Source: an uncultured Nitrosopumilales archaeon | GTDB taxonomy: Archaea > Thermoproteota > Nitrososphaeria > Nitrososphaerales > Gagatemarchaeaceae | Length of the DNA stretch: 59,120 nt | Direction: 5' to 3' | Assembly (NCBI GenBank): GCA_964533695.1 | Contig: CAZHNH010000112.1 | Coordinates: 1 to 59,120, forward strand | Shown here: positions 9,742-17,699 of the stretch, piece by piece | Numbering within the stretch: position 1 is the first letter of the stretch | Layout: every line of letters starts with the position of its first letter | Position numbers and translations under genes: made by a program | The notes under the pieces: generated by a model | The model's input: only the letters and a program-made list of their open reading frames with translations | What the model was told of the DNA's origin: nothing | Databases searched by the model: none

Positions 9742-10227
9742 GTGCTATATTCGAAGAAGGTCATCAAGACGTCAAAACTTGACGAAGTCGACATGAAGAT
9801 TCTGTCGGCTCTACATTCCGATGCATCGATATCCGTTCCAGAGCTTAGCAAGCAACTCGACATCAACCTGTCGGTGGCCTACAGCAGGATCAAGAGGCTC
9901 CAGAAGAGAGGTATCATCGAACGGTTCACAATCACTGTTAACGAGGGGAGTCTAGGGTTGAAAGCCGGCGCACTGGCCGGGTTGAAGATTGACCCTAAAC
10001 AACGAGAATCTGTCCTCAAGGAAATCGAAAACGTCGACGGGGTCAGGCTTATTCGTGAGGTAACTGGCCGTTATGACATCTTCGCCAGCCTGAGGGGGGA
10101 GTCGCTTGACGACCTTCATCGCGCAGTCCATGACGTAATTGGAAAGATTCCAGGCGTCGTTAGCACAGAAATCTTTATGGAAGTCTCCACTCGCCGACCT
10201 CCGATAAGATTTCGCCTGGCCAACTGA
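9742..10227 (+). CDS. Lrp/AsnC family transcriptional regulator
   Basis: N-terminal HTH (LDEVDMKILSALHSDASISVPELSKQLDINLSVAYSRIKRLQKRGII) plus a C-terminal RAM/ACT-like domain. GTG start; an alternative ATG lies at 9793. Confidence 0.85.
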   Translation: MLYSKKVIKTSKLDEVDMKILSALHSDASISVPELSKQLDINLSVAYSRIKRLQKRGIIERFTITVNEGSLGLKAGALAGLKIDPKQRESVLKEIENVDGVRLIREVTGRYDIFASLRGESLDDLHRAVHDVIGKIPGVVSTEIFMEVSTRRPPIRFRLAN

Positions 10228-10275
10228 CCCAGAGGCGGCTAAGATTCTTAAGGGCGAAGCAGCGGCATCGTCCTC

Positions 10276-10962
10276 GTGGACCCACTTGTACTCCTAGACC
10301 AGGCAGTGGCCCAAGGGAAGGTCCCTCAGACGCTTGCAAAGAAGGTGAGGGTCCGCATGTTCCTGGTCCAACAAGCCGTGGACCGCTGCGAGCGGGCAAG
10401 CGGACTGAAGTATCCGGAATACTACGTAGAGCCTACCCTGCCCGTCTCGAAAGGAGGAGGTGATTACGGTGCTATCGGCGTTTTTTTCGCGAGGGTCATT
10501 CCGACGACTGCTGTCGGCACACTGACCATCCTTGTCCAGTTTACAGCGTCACTCATCGCATTCGGGACGAAGGCGACGCTGGAGGCTGTTGCTGCGCATG
10601 AGTTCACCCACTATGTCGTGTTGGTAAGGAAGCTCGCAACAAAGAGTGTTCTGAGCGAAGAGGTTGCTACGTCGCTTTACGAGGCATCTTACGCCGACAG
10701 CGAAAGAACGGTTCCCCCTAAACTCCTATACTCAGATCGCGCACTTGTCTCATTGCTGGCAAGGAAGTTCAAGCCTGAACTAGTCGATTCTGCTCTCAAC
10801 AAGAAAGTTTCCGAGTCTTGGATTTCGAAGGGCCTTCCCATTCGCTGGGTTGGACCGGAGGTCAATCGCGTCGGGCTTGAAATGAGGGTAGTAGCACGTG
10901 CAGTCTTCGACCCGAAGGTCGTGAAGAAGGCAGCGGAAATAGAAGAGAAGATGAAGGGTTGA
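10276..10962 (+). CDS. hypothetical protein with HExxH (zinc-metallopeptidase-like) motif
   Basis: 228 aa with a GTG start. A single AAHEFTHYV motif and no obvious TM segments. The stop overlaps the next gene's start (TTGA). Confidence 0.6.
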   Translation: MDPLVLLDQAVAQGKVPQTLAKKVRVRMFLVQQAVDRCERASGLKYPEYYVEPTLPVSKGGGDYGAIGVFFARVIPTTAVGTLTILVQFTASLIAFGTKATLEAVAAHEFTHYVVLVRKLATKSVLSEEVATSLYEASYADSERTVPPKLLYSDRALVSLLARKFKPELVDSALNKKVSESWISKGLPIRWVGPEVNRVGLEMRVVARAVFDPKVVKKAAEIEEKMKG

Positions 10963-12584
10963 GACTCACTGCTGAAGAGCGCTTAAGCCTCGAGCGAGTC
11001 GCCGCTTCGATGGTGGATCCAACTACGATTGCCGGAGTGGCGGCCTACGGATCTAAGGTAGCAGGCTACGCAAGGCCGGATTCCGATTACGACATGATCG
11101 TCGTGTCCAAGCGTTTCAGGGGAGGAATAAGGTACAGGTACGTGGAAAAACCTATGGCAACATCTGCCCTCATAGTGGACGAGGATCTTCTCACGCAAGA
11201 TGCACAGACGTCTTATCTCGGAGAGTTCGTAGTTGGACGGTTGCTTAACGTATACGAACCAGTGTCGAACGTCGGGTTATTTGCTCGCATTGAGATAGAG
11301 TACAAAAGACGGGTCTTGGCGGAGGCGCTTCTGGAACTGTCTGCCGACTACGGCGAGTTCTGCAAGCACATCGTCGTCCCCTTCGACTACTTCCTGTTCG
11401 AGAAACTTTCGAAGAGGGCGTCCGTGTACCCGCCAGCTCTCTACAGCTATGTCCAGACCTACTCATGTCCTTCGGGCGCCGAGAACAGGAAAATATCGAT
11501 GGCCGGGTTTGCAACCGCGGCGGAAGCCCTGGCCTCGCGCGGCTTTCTCTCGGTTTCCCAGGCTGGTGTCAGAATGGAACCTGAAATGATGAAGGGGGAT
11601 GCCTTCACCAAAGTCCAGTCCATCTTCTCGCTTACTGCAAGGGGGCTCACCCAGTACGCGGTCCACGGCTATGCCGGCCGTGTCGGGCTTTCCGTCTATA
11701 GGAAGGAGGCAGAGTCAAAGCTGAAGCGGATGCGAGAGGTACCCCACAGACTTCCCGAGCTCGAGAGGCCCCGATTACTTCTGAAGTTAGAGGAGGGAAT
11801 AATGATTCCCGACGCGTCTCTTCTTGAGAAGGAGCTCGCCGAGCTTTTGGCCTTCACCGATCACTCCACCAAAGAGCGGGACATTGGCGAGCCCTATTCG
11901 ACCGCGCGCGTGCTTACACTTGCTCACGGTTCTCGCGAGATCGCTGTGGTGGTCAAGAGCTACTCAGACGTCCGTTCATTGAAGTGGGCTCTACTCGGCA
12001 TCTGGGCGGCTGCTGCGAATAGGTTCAGCATGACGCCTATGGCCAGACTCGACAGGGAATATTCAATGACAGGATATCTGAGGAAAGCTGGGATTCTGGT
12101 TCCCGCCATCTTGGCGGTAGCACCTGGCGAAAGGGTTCTGGTAAAGGAGTTCGTTACAGGGCCTACTCTTTCCTCGTTAATTGACGGTCTGATGAAAGGC
12201 GGTCATGACGGTATTGAACAGGTATCGGCATACGCCATCCTTATGGCGAAGGTGCACGGTGCCGGGGTGGCCTTGGGAGACGCCAAAGCAAGCAATGTAG
12301 TCGTCTCGCCTCGAGGTCTCTACTTGACTGACTTGGAACAGTCGGTCATAGGGGGTGATCGGGCATGGGACCTGGCAGAGTTCCTCTACTATACTGCCAA
12401 GCTCTCTATCCGCGACGAAGCGATGAACCACGTTGCGAGGGCCTTCTTAAAGTCGTACGTGTCCTTCGCCGACCGGGCCACGGTGGCACGAGCGAAAAGC
12501 CCCAAGTATTACCGCCCGTTCCAACCGTTCGTAACCCCTGGCATGGCGCGCATGCTTCAGGGAGTGATGGACGGGTTCTGCTAG
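10959..12584 (+). CDS. fusion protein: N-terminal nucleotidyltransferase-fold domain and C-terminal RIO/Bud32-like atypical kinase domain
   Basis: 541 aa. The N-terminus has an NTase-like signature (AAYGSKVAGYARPDSDYDMIVV). The C-terminus has kinase-like elements: VVVKSY (N-lobe Lys), LGDAKASNVVV (catalytic loop Asp/Asn) and YLTDLEQSV (RIO-like metal-binding Asp). Confidence 0.6.
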   Translation: MRLTAEERLSLERVAASMVDPTTIAGVAAYGSKVAGYARPDSDYDMIVVSKRFRGGIRYRYVEKPMATSALIVDEDLLTQDAQTSYLGEFVVGRLLNVYEPVSNVGLFARIEIEYKRRVLAEALLELSADYGEFCKHIVVPFDYFLFEKLSKRASVYPPALYSYVQTYSCPSGAENRKISMAGFATAAEALASRGFLSVSQAGVRMEPEMMKGDAFTKVQSIFSLTARGLTQYAVHGYAGRVGLSVYRKEAESKLKRMREVPHRLPELERPRLLLKLEEGIMIPDASLLEKELAELLAFTDHSTKERDIGEPYSTARVLTLAHGSREIAVVVKSYSDVRSLKWALLGIWAAAANRFSMTPMARLDREYSMTGYLRKAGILVPAILAVAPGERVLVKEFVTGPTLSSLIDGLMKGGHDGIEQVSAYAILMAKVHGAGVALGDAKASNVVVSPRGLYLTDLEQSVIGGDRAWDLAEFLYYTAKLSIRDEAMNHVARAFLKSYVSFADRATVARAKSPKYYRPFQPFVTPGMARMLQGVMDGFC

Positions 12585-12792
12585 CTCGTGTGCTCATTGA
12601 ACATCGTATAACCGTTGATATGCAGCCATTTTAGATGGGAGAGCGGTTTCTTTCGTGGGACATCTGTCGTTTTCTGGCTTCAGTTCGACCTAAGCTATCC
12701 GTGCCGGTCAGGTCCCTTGTCCATACAGATGCTCCTAAATCAGAGCCCAATTCAATAACACTCGGTGTCCGGGCTCTGGATTAATGCTGAAA

Positions 12793-12801
12793 ATAGTATA
12801 T
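12793..12801 (+). promoter_or_regulatory. TATA-box candidate (ATAGTATAT)
   Basis: Ends 27 nt upstream of the ATG at 12828. Confidence 0.3.
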
Positions 12802-12827
12802 CGTTTTAGTGCAAATGCTCACCTTGG

Positions 12828-13880
12828 ATGAGAAACAGACGCGCCACGCTAATAGTTGTTCTTGTCGTCGCCTTATACTTCCTGAACGTACTTCGGATTG
12901 ATGACTTCATCTTTCCTACGTCAACTTCTCTATTCTTCCTCTTTCCTACGTCAACTTCTCTATTCTTCCTTCTCTTCCTAGCCGCTCTTGGTGTAGGAGG
13001 AGCTGTGCCGATCGTCCTTGGAATTGAGGGTCTGTTTAGGCGGTGGGGCGCGAGCGAAATTCCATCCGAGGAATCTGGGCCCTACGCGGAAGCTCGAACA
13101 ATTCCCGACCAACGCGATGGCGAAAATGGTCAGAAAGCGAAGGCATTGAACATGACCGCATCCCCGTCACCAAACGGACACTTGCTCTCGATTGATAATC
13201 CCCGACTTGAAGATGAGGGGACTAATAAGACAGTTCCAGCATCAGATTCCATGCCCGAGATGACAATTTACCGAGAAACGAGCCCGGTGAACCTGTCGCA
13301 GCCGTTGAATAAGCAAACAACATCGATTTACGGGGACGTGTCGAGAGAGAGCACAGTGACACAAGGCGAGCTTGTTGGTAGCAAGAATTTTGTGGCAGCG
13401 AAGACTACTCCCGCCAGAATGACAACCAGCGGTTCAGAAGGAAATAAGCTGACAAACAATTCCACGCAGTCTATGAGCAATGATCGTGAAAACGCGAGTC
13501 AGGAAGACGACACGCTAACCTCGATCTATGCGAAGCAAAAAGAGTATGGTCGGCGGGTATCGGAATTGCTCAAGGATCTTCAGTTCATGGCTAACACGAT
13601 TGTGCAAATACCTCCCGATGCGCTGCGATCGACATGCATGGCAGCGTATCTGACTTCCGATGCAGTAGTTCTTATGTTCGATCGAGACAGGAGCATGGCC
13701 ACTAAACCACTCCGGGACTTCCCGACCGAAGTAATAGTTGCGGTGGTAGCTGCATGCACCTCCAAACTCAAGAAGTCTGTGCTGGAAAAGAAACAACTTG
13801 AAATGGGCAAAGTCCATTCACTCGAGGGTGCAATGAAAGAGTTGGAGGAAGCGAAGGCAGAAGTTGACAGGGAGACGTAG
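12828..13880 (+). CDS. hypothetical membrane-anchored protein with long Ser/Thr/Asn-rich disordered region
   Basis: 350 aa. Hydrophobic N-terminus that contains a duplicated decapeptide, a low-complexity middle, and a helical, charged C-terminus. Confidence 0.55.
   Translation: MRNRRATLIVVLVVALYFLNVLRIDDFIFPTSTSLFFLFPTSTSLFFLLFLAALGVGGAVPIVLGIEGLFRRWGASEIPSEESGPYAEARTIPDQRDGENGQKAKALNMTASPSPNGHLLSIDNPRLEDEGTNKTVPASDSMPEMTIYRETSPVNLSQPLNKQTTSIYGDVSRESTVTQGELVGSKNFVAAKTTPARMTTSGSEGNKLTNNSTQSMSNDRENASQEDDTLTSIYAKQKEYGRRVSELLKDLQFMANTIVQIPPDALRSTCMAAYLTSDAVVLMFDRDRSMATKPLRDFPTEVIVAVVAACTSKLKKSVLEKKQLEMGKVHSLEGAMKELEEAKAEVDRET
12911..12970. repeat. perfect 2 x 30 bp tandem duplication inside a CDS
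   Basis: ctttcctacgtcaacttctctattcttcct occurs at 12911-12940 and again at 12941-12970. It is in frame and encodes FPTSTSLFFL twice. Confidence 0.95.
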
Positions 13881-14428
13881 CCTAGGAGGGCACAATGACT
13901 GGTCGGAGGACTACGGAGTGAATCCCCGTTTCGTCAATTCGGCAAAGGGTGTTTCTGTACAGAAGACGATTGTCTTGTGGCCCGATGCCTTTGCCGTAAA
14001 CTGATTGCTGGGCGCCAGATTGTCGCATCCTAATCTGCCCAGTAATATAACTGTCCCGAACTCTTGCACGGTTTGCCATCAGGCTGGCCACACAGGTCAA
14101 GTTTGGTTATCGACACGAAGTGCATCAGTCGGTGCGTTGGCTTAACGCGGCGAAGCAGTAACTATCTTATCGTATGCGAAAGAGGACGTAGCGAAGTAGT
14201 ATGGGCGGCGGTCACACGAGTTCCTGAAAGCCATCATGGCCCACATTCGTTTTGAGCGGTTTGGTGGCGCTTGCGGTCCTAATGCCGTCCAGAATCGACT
14301 TCACATCTGTAAGACTTCCGGCTAGCTAGGGTGCCCCGGAACCCCTCATCCGAAGGGTGAAGGGCCGAGCAAATGAATTGCATTCGCTAGTCCTTGTCAG
14401 CATAGTCGTGTCTTCCTATGACGTACGC
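13881..14428. ncRNA. candidate structured-RNA locus (identity unresolved)
   Basis: A 548-nt gap between two convergent gene ends with no convincing ORF. It contains several strong hairpins: 13941-13948 pairs with 13988-13995 (8 bp); 14008-14042 forms 11 bp with one bulge; 14342-14364 is a hairpin; 14320-14326 pairs with 14386-14392. Confidence 0.3.
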
Positions 14429-14713
14429 CTAGGGTTTGACGCGATTGAAAACGGTAAAACCGCAGTTTCCGCACGTTAGGCGGCCTTGGTGCTGTGCCAT
14501 GAAGTAGCCTTTACCGCATCTCTGGCATTCCTTTCTCAGCCTGGTTGCAGTCTCTCCCTCAATCTTGTAAAGCTTGTAAACTTGTATTCTCCTCTTGGGA
14601 GCTTTCGGCTTCTCCTTCTTCTCTGGTTTCTTCTCCTCCGTAGGAGGACTCTCGGTCGGAGCCGGAGTGGGGGGCGGAGAAGGCGCTACTGCAGGTTGTT
14701 TCGACATGATCAC
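14429..14713 (-). CDS. rps27ae: 30S ribosomal protein S27ae with N-terminal Pro/Lys/Glu-rich extension
   Basis: C-terminal Zn ribbon CQRCGKGYFMAQHQGRLTCGNCG, preceded by about 40 aa of low complexity. GTG start overlaps the rps24e stop; an alternative ATG lies two codons in. Confidence 0.85.
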   Translation of the reverse strand: MIMSKQPAVAPSPPPTPAPTESPPTEEKKPEKKEKPKAPKRRIQVYKLYKIEGETATRLRKECQRCGKGYFMAQHQGRLTCGNCGFTVFNRVKP

Positions 14714-15051
14714 TTCTTCGCCTCAGGTGCTGGGGCTGCGGTGGCAGTCTTCTTTCTTTCCTGTTTCAGCTTCTCCCTCTCATCTTTTGTCAAGACCCTT
14801 TCTTCGAGGTATTTCGGGTGCACCTTCTTCTTGACTTCTTCGGAACCGTATACATAGAAGGTACCGACAACATCCGTCGTGCCGGCTTGGCCCTTCAGGC
14901 TCACGACCCCAATTTTCTCTGCTGCCAACCCAAGTTCTGCGGCGACGGCAGCGATTGCCTCCTTTCTGGTAAGCTTCCCTGCCTTCCCATCTATCTGCGC
15001 GACCACCGTAGACCTTGCTAGGATCTTTGAGTCCGACTTCGCTATCTGCAA
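14710..15051 (-). CDS. rps24e: 30S ribosomal protein S24e
   Basis: 113 aa with FYVYGSEEVKKKVHPKYLEER. It follows the conserved S24e-S27ae pairing. Confidence 0.9.
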   Translation of the reverse strand: MQIAKSDSKILARSTVVAQIDGKAGKLTRKEAIAAVAAELGLAAEKIGVVSLKGQAGTTDVVGTFYVYGSEEVKKKVHPKYLEERVLTKDEREKLKQERKKTATAAPAPEAKK

Positions 15052-15096
15052 CCTAGGTCACCCCGCTTCATGTGGAATATAAAGCAGTCCGCACCC

Positions 15097-15618
15097 TCAA
15101 CGCAGCTCAGAGATTCCAAGTTCAGCGAGTACGGCCCGATTCCTCGACTTCGACTCTGCGTCAGCCCTAACAGTAACCACCCCTTCGCCAGGCTGTCCGT
15201 AAATGACAAGAGCCGAGATTGGTGCTAGAGCTATGACTGGGATTGCGAGGAGATCCTCTTCCCCGTCGACTGCCACCCTGGCAGGTTTTCGCCCTCTGAA
15301 AGCCTCACGTATGCCACCTATAGCCTCCTCCGTTATTGTTCCGGGGGGATTCTTCACCATGATCTTCCTGGAGTATGCCACGTCGGGAGGGAGTCTCTCC
15401 TTGCGGTTCTCTTTCCCGTCGACAACCTGCACGTCCGGCACTCGCCCCAATCTGCCAACCGTCTCAGTCACACGGTCCCCCACTGTGACCACCATAGGTG
15501 CTCCCATCACGGCGTTGGCGAACTCCTTTTCTCCTATCTCTGAACTGAGAAAGAGCCTCCCCATCGGTTTGGATAACTTAGCTCTGAGCGCTTCTGGAAG
15601 TTTGTAGACCCTCGACAT
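15097..15618 (-). CDS. DUF359 family protein (GTP-dependent dephospho-CoA kinase type)
   Basis: 173 aa with VVTVGDRVTE...VQVVDGKENRK. It sits in the conserved archaeal neighbourhood next to Spt4/Rpo7. Confidence 0.8.
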   Translation of the reverse strand: MSRVYKLPEALRAKLSKPMGRLFLSSEIGEKEFANAVMGAPMVVTVGDRVTETVGRLGRVPDVQVVDGKENRKERLPPDVAYSRKIMVKNPPGTITEEAIGGIREAFRGRKPARVAVDGEEDLLAIPVIALAPISALVIYGQPGEGVVTVRADAESKSRNRAVLAELGISELR

Positions 15619-15622
15619 CCTG

Positions 15623-15808
15623 CTAGCTTACCTTCAGTGCGTATCTCCCAGGCTTAATGATTCCAAGAGTTCTAGCGACCTGAGATTTCTCTGGGTTGAT
15701 GATGATGATTAGGCCAGACCATTCGTTGCTGAGTTCGGTGGATCCATCGTTCGGGCACACCTTCTCCGTTGTCAACGTTTTGCATTTCCTACATGCGAGT
15801 TCCTTCAA
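15623..15808 (-). CDS. spt4: transcription elongation factor Spt4 (RpoE'')
   Basis: 61 aa with Zn ribbon CRKCKTLTTEKVCPNDG, immediately downstream of rpo7. Confidence 0.85.
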   Translation of the reverse strand: MKELACRKCKTLTTEKVCPNDGSTELSNEWSGLIIIINPEKSQVARTLGIIKPGRYALKVS

Positions 15809-15836
15809 GCGTCTTCCCTACTTGTTCCTTGCCTGT

Positions 15837-16421
15837 TTACTTCTCCGCCCTTTCTTCGACCTTTCGCTGTTTCTGCGCTTTTCCCACCTCATCGTCAATC
15901 CACTCTAGCGCTCCCAGAAAGGGTTGTCTGCAGGTGACACCAATCTTTCCCATGGATATCCCATGACCGAGGCTTACGGCGGTGATTCTCACTCTAACTT
16001 TGCTCCCCACCTTCAGAGACCTCTTGCTCTGGGATGCCGTGATTATGCCAGACTTAACGTCACTCGTGAGGTAGTCGTCCATTATTTGGCTCAGGTGGAG
16101 GAGTGCATCTGCCGGCCCGATCCTCACGAATGCGCCGAAATCAGTCACCTCTACGACCTCCCCTTCGACAAGCTCCTGCTTCAATGGAAAGAAAGAGAGG
16201 ACCTCGAAGTTCACTCTGTGGTAAGTAGCACCGTCGCCTGCAATGATCTTCCCAACTTTGTCCACTTCCACCTTTGTTACAAGTATGAGGTACCCATATT
16301 CAGGGTTGATCGTGCTCTCGTACTTCAATTTCAAGAGCTCGAGCGCGACTTTCTCGAGGGGAGAACCGAACTTGTCGGGTGGAACGCGTACTACGTCCTC
16401 TAGGTTGACTAGTTCAAACAT
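15837..16421 (-). CDS. rpo7: DNA-directed RNA polymerase subunit Rpo7 (RpoE')
   Basis: 194 aa. N-terminal Rpo7 fold plus an S1 domain (GEVVEVTDFGAFVRIGP). Confidence 0.9.
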   Translation of the reverse strand: MFELVNLEDVVRVPPDKFGSPLEKVALELLKLKYESTINPEYGYLILVTKVEVDKVGKIIAGDGATYHRVNFEVLSFFPLKQELVEGEVVEVTDFGAFVRIGPADALLHLSQIMDDYLTSDVKSGIITASQSKRSLKVGSKVRVRITAVSLGHGISMGKIGVTCRQPFLGALEWIDDEVGKAQKQRKVEERAEK

Positions 16422-16484
16422 GAATGCTCAGGAACGGCGCCCTCGCTCTGGAAAGACGATATTAATCTTTGGCCCAGGGTATGC

Positions 16485-17282
16485 TCATTTCTTGCCACTT
16501 CGAGGGCGTAGCGCCGGGGGCTGAGCTCTCTTGTGGGCTGACATACTGTACATATTCATCACTCGCTCGACTATGGACGCTTCCACTCTTGCGCTTTCTG
16601 AGGCGACGCGGGTAGAGGCCCGCTCATCGAAGATCCAGTGCAGGACCGCGTCTAGTTTCTCATATCCTGCAGGGAGTTCCTCTTCCGCCGTATGCCCAGG
16701 CCAGAGCTGCGGAGAGGCAGGTTTCCTCGCAACCGAGGTCGGGAGTCCCAAGTGCTCAGCCATAGCGCGGACTTGGGTCTTGAAAAGGTGTGCGATGGGC
16801 AGAAAGTCTGCGCCTCCGTCCCCAAACTTGGTGAAGAAACCTAACAGCTCTTCCGACCTGTCGCCTGTCCCTGCCACGAGAAGGTTGCGGGAGTTCGCCA
16901 GATAATATAGAATCGTCATCCTTACCCTTGCTTGGACGTTCGCACCTGGAAGTCTCCGCCTAGCCTGACCAACAGCGGAGATCAGGTCGTCCACGACCTG
17001 TGAAATCCTAATCGTGACACTCCTTGCTCCCCAATCGGCCACCATCCTTACAGCGTCATCAATGTCCGCCTGTGGCGTATGCCGCGACGGGAGGAGTGCG
17101 CATAGCACCCTCTCACTCCCTAGAGCCCTTACGCAAAGTGCGCCGACCACACCACTGTCGACACCCCCGCTGACGCCCACTACGACGCCTGCTGCTCGTG
17201 AAGACGCCACGATTCTTTGGATGAAAGATGTGATTCTACTCTCCTCAATCTTAGCGTCAATGGAGATAGCTGGCTTCGTCAC
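16485..17282 (-). CDS. nadE: NH3-dependent NAD+ synthetase
   Basis: PP-loop GVSGGVDSGV and typical NadE C-terminus; 265 aa. Confidence 0.9.
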   Translation of the reverse strand: MTKPAISIDAKIEESRITSFIQRIVASSRAAGVVVGVSGGVDSGVVGALCVRALGSERVLCALLPSRHTPQADIDDAVRMVADWGARSVTIRISQVVDDLISAVGQARRRLPGANVQARVRMTILYYLANSRNLLVAGTGDRSEELLGFFTKFGDGGADFLPIAHLFKTQVRAMAEHLGLPTSVARKPASPQLWPGHTAEEELPAGYEKLDAVLHWIFDERASTRVASESARVEASIVERVMNMYSMSAHKRAQPPALRPRSGKK

Positions 17283-17327
17283 GCCATCGACCTTGCATAG
17301 ACGGTGCCTTAACTTCTCCCGAAGCAG

Positions 17328-17696
17328 TCAAAGGCGGACGGCCCTGCCTGAGCGCAGCCCGAAGACAGGAACACGTCTCGCCTTCAGGGACTCAGCCAGC
17401 TCTTGATCTATGGTCGCCACTGATGCTCTGGCAGAAATTGCGATCGACATTATTTCCTCATCTGGAGGTGCTGCACCAGATTCGAGACGCTTGAATCCTT
17501 TCGCTATGTTTGCTGCAACGCTCGCGGTCTTGCTCTTTTTTCCTCGTCCAGCCGACAGACGTGTGAGCTCACTTATTACGCAGTCCAGAGCCACTGGTTC
17601 CACTCTCCCCACTTCTTGCGAGATATCGTCAAGCCAGTTGGTGGGGTGATCAGCCACCGCCATTAGGAAACTGGTGTCGAAGATAACTTTGGTCAT
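17328..17696 (-). CDS. PIN-domain protein (Fcf1/VapC-like nuclease)
   Basis: 122 aa with VIFDTSFLMA at the N-terminus. Its position directly downstream of aIF2gamma is conserved in archaea. Confidence 0.8.
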   Translation of the reverse strand: MTKVIFDTSFLMAVADHPTNWLDDISQEVGRVEPVALDCVISELTRLSAGRGKKSKTASVAANIAKGFKRLESGAAPPDEEIMSIAISARASVATIDQELAESLKARRVPVFGLRSGRAVRL

Positions 17697-17699
17697 TCC

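Noticed and set aside
13881-14428. Calling this spacer RNase P RNA on the basis of the AGGGTGCC / AAGGGTGAAGGG / AAATGAATTGC strings
   Set aside because: I could not find the universal CR-I element (GAGGAAAGUCC) or a P4 pairing on either strand. The spacing between the look-alike motifs is far too short for a specificity domain. I kept it only as an unidentified structured-RNA candidate.
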